DNA of 64,000 nucleotides from an uncultured Planctomycetota bacterium. GTDB lineage: Bacteria; Planctomycetota; PLA2; JAEUHO01. Both the position numbers and the translations under genes were made by a program. The DNA is taken from positions 224,001 through 288,000 of the forward strand of contig CAVVXN010000003.1 in the NCBI GenBank assembly GCA_963752285.1, written 5' to 3'. Below are positions 11,355 through 20,991 of this stretch, in pieces (position 1 is the stretch's first letter; every line of letters begins with the position of its first letter). The notes under the pieces were generated by a model that saw only the letters and a list, made by a program, of their open reading frames with translations, had not been told where the DNA came from and ran no database searches.

Positions 11355-14300
11355 ATGTCCAGAGCGCGATTCCCTTTCTACGTCCTCGTGGGTGCCCTGT
11401 TGGCTGCGCTGCCGGCGTGCGGTGGCAGCGGTCAAGGGCTGCGTTCACCCGACAACCCCGTGCGCGTGATGAGCACGTCCATCCCGCCGGCCCTGTCGGG
11501 CCAGAAGGTGGATTTCCCCATCGACCTGAACGGCGGGTGTGGCGGCCCCTACGTGATCAAGCTGATCCAGGGGAAGCTTCCGCCGGGCGTCGTGTTCGAC
11601 AACGCGACGCACAGCATGAACGGCACGCTCCTGATGGACGGGACGTACTCGTTCACGTTGCAGATCGACGACACGGGTTGTAACCCGTTCTCGTCCACGC
11701 AGGCGAAGTTCACGTGGAACGTCGGGGTCGGGGACGTGGTCGTCGTCGACGTCCTGCAGGACGGCAACAGCGCGCTCCTCCCCGCGGGCGCCGAGGCGTT
11801 CAACCCGGACTACCCCGCGCTCCCGACGACCGTCTACAACCAGAATACCTCCCTCCAGTTCGTGGTCGCCGGCGGCGTCGGCCCGTACAAGATGAAGCTG
11901 TACGACGACCCCGCGCTCCAGGACGGGAACCTCCCGCTCGGCGTCGTGGTGGCCTCGGGCTCCCCGAATCTCGTCGGGTCGCCCGTAGAGGTGGGCCCCG
12001 GTGGCGGCGCGTTCCTGCTCTCGTTCGAACTGACGGACGCGGTGGGGACGAAGGGGTACTTCCACGCGTACTGGAAGATCGACACCCCGCCGATCACGAT
12101 CGCGACGACCAGCCTCGGGAACGGCGTCTGTGGCCAGACGTACAGCGAGACGTTCTTCCTCGTGGACGGCGTTCCGCCCTTCACGCACGACCTCGTGGAG
12201 CAGGGGCTCCCGCTCGGCTACACGTCCGACCAGAACCCGAATCCGCAGGATCCCGGCGCGGACGTCCTCTACAACCAGGCCGGGCCGCCGACGGTCAACC
12301 CGTCACAGGCGCTGAACAAGATCGACGCCTACGTCTATCCCACGCCCAGCGCGATCGGCCCGAACTACGCCGTCTCGAACCAGGGCGCCCCGCCCGAGGG
12401 CATCTACATGGTCGAGGACACGGGAGCCCTGACCGGGATCCCGCGCCGGCGCGGCACGTTCTCGATCAACTACCACGTCCAGTCCTCGCTGGTCCCGAAC
12501 TCGTTCGGGCAGCACGCGTGGCGAACCTACACCTTCCAGATCAGCCCGTCGGGCTCGCTGGCGCAGGACCCGTCATACACGGTGGACGGCGTGTTCCGTC
12601 CGATCGCGCCGTACAGCCGGATCGGGGACTTCGAGCTCGGCCAGGTCTACAACCCGGACGGCGGCGTCGCGGGCCTGCAGCTCAAGGCCACCGGCGGCTG
12701 CCCGCAGGACGGCAAGTCCGACCACCCGCACCTCTCGCAGGTGGTCGCGGACCCGGCGGTCGGCGAGGTGCTCGGCGCGTACACGTGGGCGGTCGACTGG
12801 GACCCGCTGTCCCTGGGCACGCCGCCGATCCCGCACGTCGAGCTGCTTCCGTCCGGCGTGTTCCGCGTGGTGCCCGGTGAGCAGAGCCAGCTCGCCACGC
12901 AGGCCTTCCAGACGTTGACGTTCACGGTGAACGACTACGCGTTGCCGACCTCGTTCGCGAGCACGAACTCACAGTACGTACGCACCTCGGTCGGACCGGA
13001 TGTCCTCGTCATCACCGAGTCCACGACCTCGTTCGCCTTCGGCAACACCACCTCGTCGATCACCACCGGGTTCAACGACCCGAACATGAAGGTGAAGGTG
13101 ATGCTCCCGTACAGCTCGGGGGCGGTCGTCCGTTCGCTCGACGACGCAAAGGACATGGCGGGAACGGGCGCGAGCCAGCACACGATCCCGAGCACGGCGG
13201 GCAGCGGCAAGACGCTGAAGGACCTGCTGGAGGGCGTGGACCTCCTGCGCACCTCGGTGAACGCGACCGGATGGTGGGACGACACCTGGTCCCTCAACCC
13301 GAAGGCGGGCATCGCGGCCGCCCACGGCGACATGAACCAGGGGTACGGCTACTACGGTCTCACGTACTCCTACGAGTACTGGTCCACCACCAGCTCGTAC
13401 ACGTACAGCTACGGGGCGAACCCCGAGAGCACGTGCGTGCAGATCCCGGTGTGCACGACGCCGGGCGTGACCGAGGACCGGGACGCCGGCGTCTACACGA
13501 GCGGCGGGAAGCTCTACCTCTTCGACTCGAGCAGCTACATCGGCGCGTTCATCGTGCGTCCGGAGTCGAAGGTCTACGTGCCGATCGCGTTCAACAAGTC
13601 CTCGACGGGCTACTACTCGTTCGGGGACGTCTGGGTGAACGCGTACTCGAACACGCAGACCGTCATGTCGATCTGGAAGGTCCCGCAGATCACGATCAGC
13701 CCCGACGGGCGCTTCGCGGCGCTCAAGCTCGGCACGAGCACGACGCAGAACCTCTCCCAGGGAGGGGAGCTGGCGTCGAGCAGCCGGCTCGTGATCTTCT
13801 CGCTCACGGGCGAGCGGATCGCGGCGTGGGGCAACAAGACCTGGATCGTGGTCCAGTCGGGGGCCAACGGCGGCTACTCCCACACCTCGAGCACGGGGGA
13901 GCGGTTGATCGCGGCGAGCCTCGCGCTCTCCAACGACAACCTCTACTACGTGTGCGGCTGCAACGACTTCACCTCGTCCGAGTGGTACTCGTGGCGCTAC
14001 GAGTGGGTGTACCGCTACGGGATCCAGAGCGGCGGAAGCTCGGGGGCCCTCCTGGCCTGCGGTGACTCGGAGTGGACCAACACGAATGGGAACCCCCTCC
14101 AGCTGCCGATGCAGCGCTACTACGAGGCGGGGTACGGCTACAACTACGGCACGTACGGGTACAACTACTGCGACTCCACGATCTACTACGGCGGATACGC
14201 GGGCCAGGAGTGGGGCAACCCGCCGATGCCGTTCCGCATGAGCGCGGACGGCCATACCGTCGCGATCGTCGCGGGCCGTTCCACCACGTCGAGCGCCGAC

Positions 14301-15929
14301 TCGACGACCATGTACATGAGCCACGTGTGGGTAGACGACGCCACGGGCGTCCACCGGCTCTCGTCGCGGGTGCGGCACCAGCCGTGGGGCGGCGGGCGCG
14401 GGTCCGCCCTCTCCGGCGGCTCGCTCAGCAGCTACACGTACCAGTGGGGCATGCAGTGCGGCCCGAGCACGCAGCTCGAGGTCGCGGACGACGGCTCGAG
14501 GGTGGCCGTGGTGGTCAACCGCTACAGCGGCACGGTCTACTACTCCAGCTCGTACGCCTACGAGCTCGGGTACGACCGCCAGGACGTGATCGCCTTCGAG
14601 CCCGCGGTGAGCGGGACCTGGGCGGGCGGCGCGGTCGAGCGGCAGGTCACGGGCTCGGAGTCCGCGACGACCCCGATCTTCTCGACCAACCTCAACTGGA
14701 AGTTCGGCGCGCTCGTCTTCACGAAGGACGGCAACGGCCTGGTCTTCTGGGGCGGGGCCGCGGCGTACTACCCGAACAACTTCAACACCTCCTCGTACCA
14801 GCCCTACGTGGGCGCGCCGGGCCTCACGGGCAGCCTGTACCTGTACAGCTTCCCGAACAGCACGGTGACGCACATCCTGGACTACGACGAGGGCGGGAAC
14901 TCGGACGACATCGGGAAGGTGTACCCGACGCAGTCCACCCAGGTGAACCCGTCGTTCACGGACTACTCGTTCCCGGGCGCCCGGAACATCGGGACGGTGA
15001 AGCCGCTCGGCGGGTTCATGTCGCCGAACCGGAACTTCTACTACATCTCTACGGCCCACGCGCTGAGCTCGACGCTGCAGGACGCCACGCAGCTGATCGG
15101 GATCAACGTGCGGAGCCTCGACTCGACGCAGGCGATCAACGGGCACTCGGACGGCCGCGCATTCGCGCTCGGCGGCACGAGCTGGCCCACGCACCGGAGC
15201 TGGATCCCGACCTACGGGTACAGCTCTTCCTACTGCTACTGCGGGTACTACGGGATCTTCTACCAGTACATCGCGCCCGGATGCGAGTACGGCACGATGC
15301 GCGTGATGACCCGCGGCGGCAAGGTGTTCTACGGCTCGCACTACCAGATCTTCGGGCCGACACCGACATACTCCTCGTACACGTACGCCGGACCGATCGA
15401 GACGACGTACCACGGCTGCGACGCGGCCTTCGCGGGACAGGTGGGGTACTTCGACGCGAACGTCGGCGGCACGCCGGTGATGCTCACCACGCTGCCCGAG
15501 ACGATCATCATGAACAACTACTCGTCCACCACCTACCGGACGATGAAGTACCTGGAGGTCTCGAGCGACGAGACGGCAGTGGCGTTCGTCTACGCGCCGT
15601 TCGCGTCCACGAGCTACAGCTACCCGGTCAACTGCGCAGCCGAGCGAGTCGGCTGGATCGGGAACCTCATCACGAACGCCACGACGGGCGCCGTGGTCAG
15701 CAAGTCGGTGGTGGCCGACCTGCAGGGCGCAGCCGGGCGCATCTCGTCGTCGATCGCGCACGACTCCACCGGGACGAGCGTGTTCTACGGCGACGCGGTC
15801 TCGGGGGCCGACGAGAAGGACAAGTACATCTACCAGACGGCCGTCAGCTCGGCGGGCGCCGGGACGCCGAAGAAGTACTCGTTCTCCGGTGACCCGAAGC
15901 GCTACAACATCCTGAACGCCGGCCGCTGA
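11355..15929 (+). CDS. Giant surface lipoprotein, copy 1 (1524 aa): N-terminal putative Ig (He_PIG/cadherin-like) repeats plus Tyr/Ser/Gly-rich probable beta-propeller region
   Basis: GGAGAGG RBS; lipobox LPAC; repeated GGxxPY/F...LPxG(V/I)...GxP motifs (GGCGGPY, GGVGPY, DGVPPF); ISPDGRFA, MSADGHTVA, VADDGSRVA, FTKDGNGL, MSPNRNF, VSSDETAVA blade-like motifs. Confidence 0.85.
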   Translation: MSRARFPFYVLVGALLAALPACGGSGQGLRSPDNPVRVMSTSIPPALSGQKVDFPIDLNGGCGGPYVIKLIQGKLPPGVVFDNATHSMNGTLLMDGTYSFTLQIDDTGCNPFSSTQAKFTWNVGVGDVVVVDVLQDGNSALLPAGAEAFNPDYPALPTTVYNQNTSLQFVVAGGVGPYKMKLYDDPALQDGNLPLGVVVASGSPNLVGSPVEVGPGGGAFLLSFELTDAVGTKGYFHAYWKIDTPPITIATTSLGNGVCGQTYSETFFLVDGVPPFTHDLVEQGLPLGYTSDQNPNPQDPGADVLYNQAGPPTVNPSQALNKIDAYVYPTPSAIGPNYAVSNQGAPPEGIYMVEDTGALTGIPRRRGTFSINYHVQSSLVPNSFGQHAWRTYTFQISPSGSLAQDPSYTVDGVFRPIAPYSRIGDFELGQVYNPDGGVAGLQLKATGGCPQDGKSDHPHLSQVVADPAVGEVLGAYTWAVDWDPLSLGTPPIPHVELLPSGVFRVVPGEQSQLATQAFQTLTFTVNDYALPTSFASTNSQYVRTSVGPDVLVITESTTSFAFGNTTSSITTGFNDPNMKVKVMLPYSSGAVVRSLDDAKDMAGTGASQHTIPSTAGSGKTLKDLLEGVDLLRTSVNATGWWDDTWSLNPKAGIAAAHGDMNQGYGYYGLTYSYEYWSTTSSYTYSYGANPESTCVQIPVCTTPGVTEDRDAGVYTSGGKLYLFDSSSYIGAFIVRPESKVYVPIAFNKSSTGYYSFGDVWVNAYSNTQTVMSIWKVPQITISPDGRFAALKLGTSTTQNLSQGGELASSSRLVIFSLTGERIAAWGNKTWIVVQSGANGGYSHTSSTGERLIAASLALSNDNLYYVCGCNDFTSSEWYSWRYEWVYRYGIQSGGSSGALLACGDSEWTNTNGNPLQLPMQRYYEAGYGYNYGTYGYNYCDSTIYYGGYAGQEWGNPPMPFRMSADGHTVAIVAGRSTTSSADSTTMYMSHVWVDDATGVHRLSSRVRHQPWGGGRGSALSGGSLSSYTYQWGMQCGPSTQLEVADDGSRVAVVVNRYSGTVYYSSSYAYELGYDRQDVIAFEPAVSGTWAGGAVERQVTGSESATTPIFSTNLNWKFGALVFTKDGNGLVFWGGAAAYYPNNFNTSSYQPYVGAPGLTGSLYLYSFPNSTVTHILDYDEGGNSDDIGKVYPTQSTQVNPSFTDYSFPGARNIGTVKPLGGFMSPNRNFYYISTAHALSSTLQDATQLIGINVRSLDSTQAINGHSDGRAFALGGTSWPTHRSWIPTYGYSSSYCYCGYYGIFYQYIAPGCEYGTMRVMTRGGKVFYGSHYQIFGPTPTYSSYTYAGPIETTYHGCDAAFAGQVGYFDANVGGTPVMLTTLPETIIMNNYSSTTYRTMKYLEVSSDETAVAFVYAPFASTSYSYPVNCAAERVGWIGNLITNATTGAVVSKSVVADLQGAAGRISSSIAHDSTGTSVFYGDAVSGADEKDKYIYQTAVSSAGAGTPKKYSFSGDPKRYNILNAGR

Positions 15930-15951
15930 CGCGGTCGGTCGGGGACCCTCG

Positions 15952-15988
15952 CGCCGCCCGCGGGCTTCGGCCCGCGGGCGGCGTTTTT
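15952..15988 (+). terminator. Intrinsic terminator
   Basis: Perfect 14-bp stem CGCCGCCCGCGGGC-TTCG-GCCCGCGGGCGGCG followed by TTTTT. Confidence 0.9.
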
Positions 15989-16105
15989 CGTACGTGGGGA
16001 CCGCGCGGTCCCGCGCTCCGCGGGCACTGCGCACGTGGCGCCGCACGGGCTGCGGCGGATCGTGATCCTCGACGCGGCCCAATCACCACAAGAGCATGAT
16101 GAGTG

Positions 16106-16143
16106 TGAGAGTGAGTCTCAATTTGAGTTGAGATTTATTCGCA
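16106..16143. promoter_or_regulatory. Two tandem 7-1-7 Fur-family-like operator boxes in an AT-rich patch
   Basis: TGAGAGT-G-AGTCTCA (16106-16120) and TGAGATT-T-ATTCGCA (16129-16143), upstream of a TAGAAT -10 at 16183-16188. Confidence 0.55.
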
Positions 16144-16243
16144 GCCATCGTCTTTCGGTGTCCGGCGGGGATGGGATTTCGTAGAATACGCGCCGAAAGA
16201 GGCGGTTCTTCTCTTGGGCAGCATTCCCCGGATCGGAGAGGCC

Positions 16244-19200
16244 ATGTCGAGAGCGCGAATCCACGCGTACATCCTGATCGGCGTGCTGCTGGCAGTGCTC
16301 CCTGCCTGCGGCGGCGGACAGGGACTCCGGATGCCGAGCGACGCCGTGCGCGTCACGAGCACGTCGATCCCGGCGGCGCTCTCCGGACAGCCGCTGGCGT
16401 TCGAGATCCCGCTCGAAGGGGGCTGCGGCGGTCCCTACGTCTTCCATCAGCTGAGTGGGAGGCTGCCCAAGGGCGTGGCCCTCGACAGCGCCACGCACAG
16501 CATCCGCGGGACGCCGCTCGAGGACGGGACCTTCACCGTCAAGATCCAGATCGACGACACGGGCTGCAACCCGTTCTCTTCCACGTCCGCCACGTTCAGG
16601 ATCGACGTGGGTGTGGGGGACGTGGTCGTCTGCGACGTGCTCCGCGACGGCAACTCGGCGCTGATCCCCGTCGGGGGTACGAGCTTCAACCCGGACTACC
16701 CCGCGCTCCCGACGACCGTCTACAACGAGTCCACCTCCCTCCAGCTCGTGGTCGCCGGTGGCGTGGGCCCGTACAAGATGAAGCTCTACGACGATCCCGC
16801 GCTCCCGGACGGGAACCTCCCGCTCGGCGTCGTGGTGGCGTCGGGCTCGCCGAACCTCGTCGGGTCGCCGGCCGAGGTGGGGCCGGGCGGCGGGCCGTTC
16901 CTCCTCTCGTTCGAGCTGACGGACGCCGTCGGGACGAAGGGGTACTTCCACACGTACTGGAAGATCGACACCCCGCCGATCACGATCGCGACGGCCACCA
17001 TCGGGAACGGCGTCTGCGGCCAGACGTACAGCGAGACGTTCTTCCTCGTGGACGGCGTGCCGCCCTTCACGCACAACCTCGTGGAGCAGGGGCTCCCGGT
17101 CGGCTACACGTCCGACCAGAATCCGAACCCGCAGGACCCAGGCGCGGACGTCCTCTACAACCCGGCCGGGCCGCCGACGGTCAACCCGCCGCAGGCGCTG
17201 AACAAGATCGACGCCTACGTCTATCCCACGCCCGACGCCGCCGGTCCGAACTACGACGTCTCGAACCAGGGCGCCCCGCCCGAGGGCATCTACATGGTCG
17301 AGGACACGGGAGCCCTGACCGGGATCCCGCGCCGGCGCGGCACGTTCTCGATCAACTACCACGTCCACTCCTCGCTGGTCCCGAACTCGTTCGGGCAGCA
17401 CGCGTGGCACACGTACACCTTCACGATCAGCCCGTCGGGCTCGATGGCGCAGGACCCGTCGTACACGGTGGACGGCGTGTTCCGTCCGACCGCGCCGTAC
17501 AGCCGGATCGGCGACTTCGAGCTCGGCCAGGTGTACAACCCGGACGGCGGCGTCGCGGGCCTGCAGCTCAAGGCCACCGGCGGCTGCCCGCAGGACGGTA
17601 AGTCCGACCACCCGCACCTCTCGCAGGTGGTCGCGGACCCGGCGGTCGGCGAGGTGCTCGGCGCGTACACGTGGGCGGTAGACTGGGACCCGCTGTCCCT
17701 GGGCACGCCGCCGATCCCGCACGTCGAGCTGCTCCCGTCCGGCGTGTTCCGCGTGGTGCCCGGTGAGCAGAGCCAGCTCGCCACCCAGGGCTTCCAGACG
17801 TTGTCGTTCACGGTGAACGACTACGCGTTGCCGACGTCACTCGCGAGCACGAGCACCCAGCGGGTCCGTACGTCCGTCGGTCCCGACGTGTTGATCATCA
17901 CCGAGTCCACGACCTCGTTCACGGGGGCGAACACGACGTCGTCGGACACCAGCCGGCTGAACGACCCGAACATGAAGGTGAAGGTGATGCTCCCGTACAG
18001 CTCGGGGGCAGTCGTCCGTTCGCTGGACGACGCGAAGGACATGGCGGGAACGGGCGCGAGCCAGCACACGATCCCGAGCACGGCGGGCAGCGGTAAGACG
18101 CTGAAGGACCTGCTGGAGGGCGTGGACCTCCTGCGCACCTCCGTGAACGCGACGGGATGGTGGGACGACACGTGGTCCCTGAACCCCAAGGGCGGTCAGG
18201 CGGCCGCGCACGGCGACGCCAACCAGGGGTACGGCTACTACGGCCTCACCTACGCCTACGAGTACTGGTCCACCACCAGCACCTACTCATACAGCTACGG
18301 GGCGAGCCCCGAGACCACCTGCGTGCAGATCCCGGTGTGCACGACGCCGGGCGTGACCGAGGACCGGGACGCCGGCGTCTACACGAGCGGCGGGAAGCTC
18401 TACCTCTTCGACTCGAGCAGCTACATCGGCGCGTTCATCGTGCGTCCGGAGTCGAAGGTCTACGTGCCGATCGCGTTCAACAAGTCCTCGACGGGCTACT
18501 ACTCGTTCGGGGACGTCTGGGTGAACGCGTACTCGAGCACCCAGACGACGATGTCGGCCTGGAAGATCCCGCAGATGACGATCAGCCCCGACGGGCGCTT
18601 CGCGGCGCTCAAGCTCGGCACGAGCACGACGCAGAACCTCTCCCAGGGAGGGGAGCTGGCGTCGAGCAGCCGGCTCGTGATCTTCTCGCTCACGGGCGAG
18701 CGGATCCCGGCCTGGGGCAACAAGACCTGGATCGTGGTCCAGTCGGGGGCCAACGGCGGCTACTCCCACACCTCGAGCACGGGGGAGCGGTTGATCGCGG
18801 CGAGCCTCGCGCTCTCCAACGACAACCTCTACTACGTGTGCGGCTGCAACGACTTCACCTCGTCCGAGTGGTACTCGTGGCGCTACGAGTGGGTGTACCG
18901 CTACGGGATCCAGAGCGGCGGAAGCTCGGGGGCCCTCCTGGCCTGCGGCGACTCGCAGTGGACCAACACGTCCGGGAGCCCCATGCAGCTCCCGATGCAG
19001 CGCTACTACCAGGCGGGGTACGGCTACAACTACGGCACGTACGGGTACAACTACTCCGACTCCACGGTCTACTACGGCGGATACGCCGGGGTCGAGACGG
19101 GCAGCCAGCCGATGCCGTTCCGCATGAGCGCGGACGGCCACACGGTCGCGATCGTCGCGGGTCCGTCCACGTCGTCGAGCGGCGACTCTACGACGATGTA

Positions 19201-20818
19201 CATGAGTCACGTGTGGGTCGATGACGCCACGGGGGTCCACCGGCTCTCGTCGAGGACACGGCACATGCCGTGGGGTGGGGCCCGGGGCTCGACCCTCTCG
19301 AGCGGGTCGCTCAGCAGCTACACGTACCAGTGGGGCGTGCAGTGCGGACCGAGCACGCAGCTCGAGATCTCCGACGACGGCTCGAGGGTGGCCGCGGTGG
19401 TCAACCGCTACAGCGGAACCGTCTACTACTACACCTCGTACGCCTACGAGCTCGGCTACGACCGGCAGGACGTGATCGCCTTCGAGCCCGCGGTGAGCGG
19501 GACCTGGGCGGGCGGCGCGGTCGAGCGGCAGGTCACGGGCTCGGAGTCCGCGACGACCCCGATCTTCTCGACCAACCTCAACTGGAGGTTCGGCGCGCTC
19601 GTCTTCTCGAAGGACGGCGCCGGCCTGTTCTTCTGGGGAGGCGCTGCGAGCTACTACCCCAACAACTTCAACACGAGCTCCTATCAGCCCTACACCGGAG
19701 CCGTGGGCCTGGCGGGCAGCCTGTACGTGTACAGCTTCTCGGCTGGCACGGTGACCCACATCCTGGACTACGACGAGGGCGGGAACTCGGACGACATCGG
19801 GAAGGTGTACCCGACGCAGTCCACCCAGGTGAACCCCTCGTTCACGGACTACTCGTTCCCGGGCGCCCGGAACATCGGGACGGTGAAGCCGATCGGCGGG
19901 TTCATGTCGCCGAACCGGAACTTCTACTACATCTCGACCGCCCAGGGGTTGAGCGCGTCGCTGTCGGACTCCACGCAGCTCGTGGCCATCAACGTCCGCA
20001 GCATCGACGCCACGCAGACGATCAACGGCCACTCGGACGGTCGGGCGTTCGCGCTCGGCGGCACGAGCTGGCCCACGCACCGGAGCTGGGTCCCGACCTA
20101 CGGGTCCAGCTCGTCGTACATGTACGTCGCGTACTACGGCATCTACTACCAGTACCTCGCGCCCGGTGGACTGTTCGGAACGATGCGGGTCATGACCCCG
20201 GGGGGCAAGGTCTTCTACGGGTCGCACTACATGATCTTCGGGCCGTCCACCGGGGCCTCCGCGAGCTACTCGTACGGCGGTCCGATCGAGTCGACGTACC
20301 ACGGCTGCGACGCGGCGTTCGCGGGACAGGTGGGGTACTTCGACGCGAACGTCGGCGGCACGCCGGTGATGCTCACCTCGCTGCCCGAGACGATCATCAT
20401 GAACAACTACTCGTCCACCACCTACCGGACGATGAAGTACCTCGAGGTCTCGAGCGACGAGACGGCGGTGGCGTTCGTCTACGCGCCGTTCGCGTCCACG
20501 AGCTACAGCTACCCGGTCAACTGCGCCGCCGAGCGAGTCGGCTGGGTCGGGAACCTCATCACGAACGCCACGACGGGCGCCGTGGTCAGCAAGTCGGTGG
20601 TGGCCGACCTGCAGGGCGCCGCCGGACGCATCTCGTCGTCGATCCAGCACGACTCCACCGGGACGAGCGTGTTCTACGGGGACGCGGTCTCGGGGACCGA
20701 CGAGAAGGACAAGTACATCTACCAGACGGCCGTCAGCTCGGCGGGCGCCGGGACGCCGAAGAAGTACTCGTTCTCCGGTGACCCGAAGCGCTACAACATC
20801 CTGAACGCCGGCCGCTGA
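16244..20818 (+). CDS. Giant surface lipoprotein, copy 2 (1524 aa), paralogue of 11355..15929
   Basis: Same RBS context GGAGAGGCCATGTC, lipobox LPAC, same length and domain motifs, long identical DNA tracts. Confidence 0.85.
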   Translation: MSRARIHAYILIGVLLAVLPACGGGQGLRMPSDAVRVTSTSIPAALSGQPLAFEIPLEGGCGGPYVFHQLSGRLPKGVALDSATHSIRGTPLEDGTFTVKIQIDDTGCNPFSSTSATFRIDVGVGDVVVCDVLRDGNSALIPVGGTSFNPDYPALPTTVYNESTSLQLVVAGGVGPYKMKLYDDPALPDGNLPLGVVVASGSPNLVGSPAEVGPGGGPFLLSFELTDAVGTKGYFHTYWKIDTPPITIATATIGNGVCGQTYSETFFLVDGVPPFTHNLVEQGLPVGYTSDQNPNPQDPGADVLYNPAGPPTVNPPQALNKIDAYVYPTPDAAGPNYDVSNQGAPPEGIYMVEDTGALTGIPRRRGTFSINYHVHSSLVPNSFGQHAWHTYTFTISPSGSMAQDPSYTVDGVFRPTAPYSRIGDFELGQVYNPDGGVAGLQLKATGGCPQDGKSDHPHLSQVVADPAVGEVLGAYTWAVDWDPLSLGTPPIPHVELLPSGVFRVVPGEQSQLATQGFQTLSFTVNDYALPTSLASTSTQRVRTSVGPDVLIITESTTSFTGANTTSSDTSRLNDPNMKVKVMLPYSSGAVVRSLDDAKDMAGTGASQHTIPSTAGSGKTLKDLLEGVDLLRTSVNATGWWDDTWSLNPKGGQAAAHGDANQGYGYYGLTYAYEYWSTTSTYSYSYGASPETTCVQIPVCTTPGVTEDRDAGVYTSGGKLYLFDSSSYIGAFIVRPESKVYVPIAFNKSSTGYYSFGDVWVNAYSSTQTTMSAWKIPQMTISPDGRFAALKLGTSTTQNLSQGGELASSSRLVIFSLTGERIPAWGNKTWIVVQSGANGGYSHTSSTGERLIAASLALSNDNLYYVCGCNDFTSSEWYSWRYEWVYRYGIQSGGSSGALLACGDSQWTNTSGSPMQLPMQRYYQAGYGYNYGTYGYNYSDSTVYYGGYAGVETGSQPMPFRMSADGHTVAIVAGPSTSSSGDSTTMYMSHVWVDDATGVHRLSSRTRHMPWGGARGSTLSSGSLSSYTYQWGVQCGPSTQLEISDDGSRVAAVVNRYSGTVYYYTSYAYELGYDRQDVIAFEPAVSGTWAGGAVERQVTGSESATTPIFSTNLNWRFGALVFSKDGAGLFFWGGAASYYPNNFNTSSYQPYTGAVGLAGSLYVYSFSAGTVTHILDYDEGGNSDDIGKVYPTQSTQVNPSFTDYSFPGARNIGTVKPIGGFMSPNRNFYYISTAQGLSASLSDSTQLVAINVRSIDATQTINGHSDGRAFALGGTSWPTHRSWVPTYGSSSSYMYVAYYGIYYQYLAPGGLFGTMRVMTPGGKVFYGSHYMIFGPSTGASASYSYGGPIESTYHGCDAAFAGQVGYFDANVGGTPVMLTSLPETIIMNNYSSTTYRTMKYLEVSSDETAVAFVYAPFASTSYSYPVNCAAERVGWVGNLITNATTGAVVSKSVVADLQGAAGRISSSIQHDSTGTSVFYGDAVSGTDEKDKYIYQTAVSSAGAGTPKKYSFSGDPKRYNILNAGR

Positions 20819-20840
20819 CGCGGTCGGTCGGGGACCCTCG

Positions 20841-20876
20841 CGCCGCCCGCGGGCTTCGGCCCGCGGACGGCGTCTT
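20841..20876 (+). terminator. Degenerate copy of the intrinsic terminator
   Basis: Same hairpin with one stem mismatch (A20867) and U-tract reduced to TCTT. Confidence 0.55.
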
Positions 20877-20991
20877 GGCCGGCGCCGACGGGACATTCGG
20901 CCCCCCGAGGCGCCCGGGTGCCGTTGCCCGTCGTCGCCGCACCCGATAGAGTCCCCCCCGGCCCGACCTGCCGGGCCCGGAGGAGACTCGA

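Larger units (their letters stand above)
11346..20866 (+). repeat. Tandem duplication of a ~4.6-kb unit (gene plus 3' hairpin), offset 4886-4889 nt
   Basis: Direct comparison; e.g. 13434-13650 matches 18320-18536, and 3' flank 15930-15977 matches 20819-20866. Confidence 0.95.

Noticed and set aside
11355..20818. Diversity-generating retroelement (TR/VR) explanation for the near-identical copies
   Set aside because: Both copies are full genes, differences involve all four bases and silent sites rather than adenines only, and no reverse transcriptase is present
12969..20896. Long antisense ORFs (1037 aa, 869 aa) and other Arg/Pro/Ala-rich ORFs such as 47837..53077
   Set aside because: Shadow frames of real genes in high-GC DNA; no motifs and biased composition
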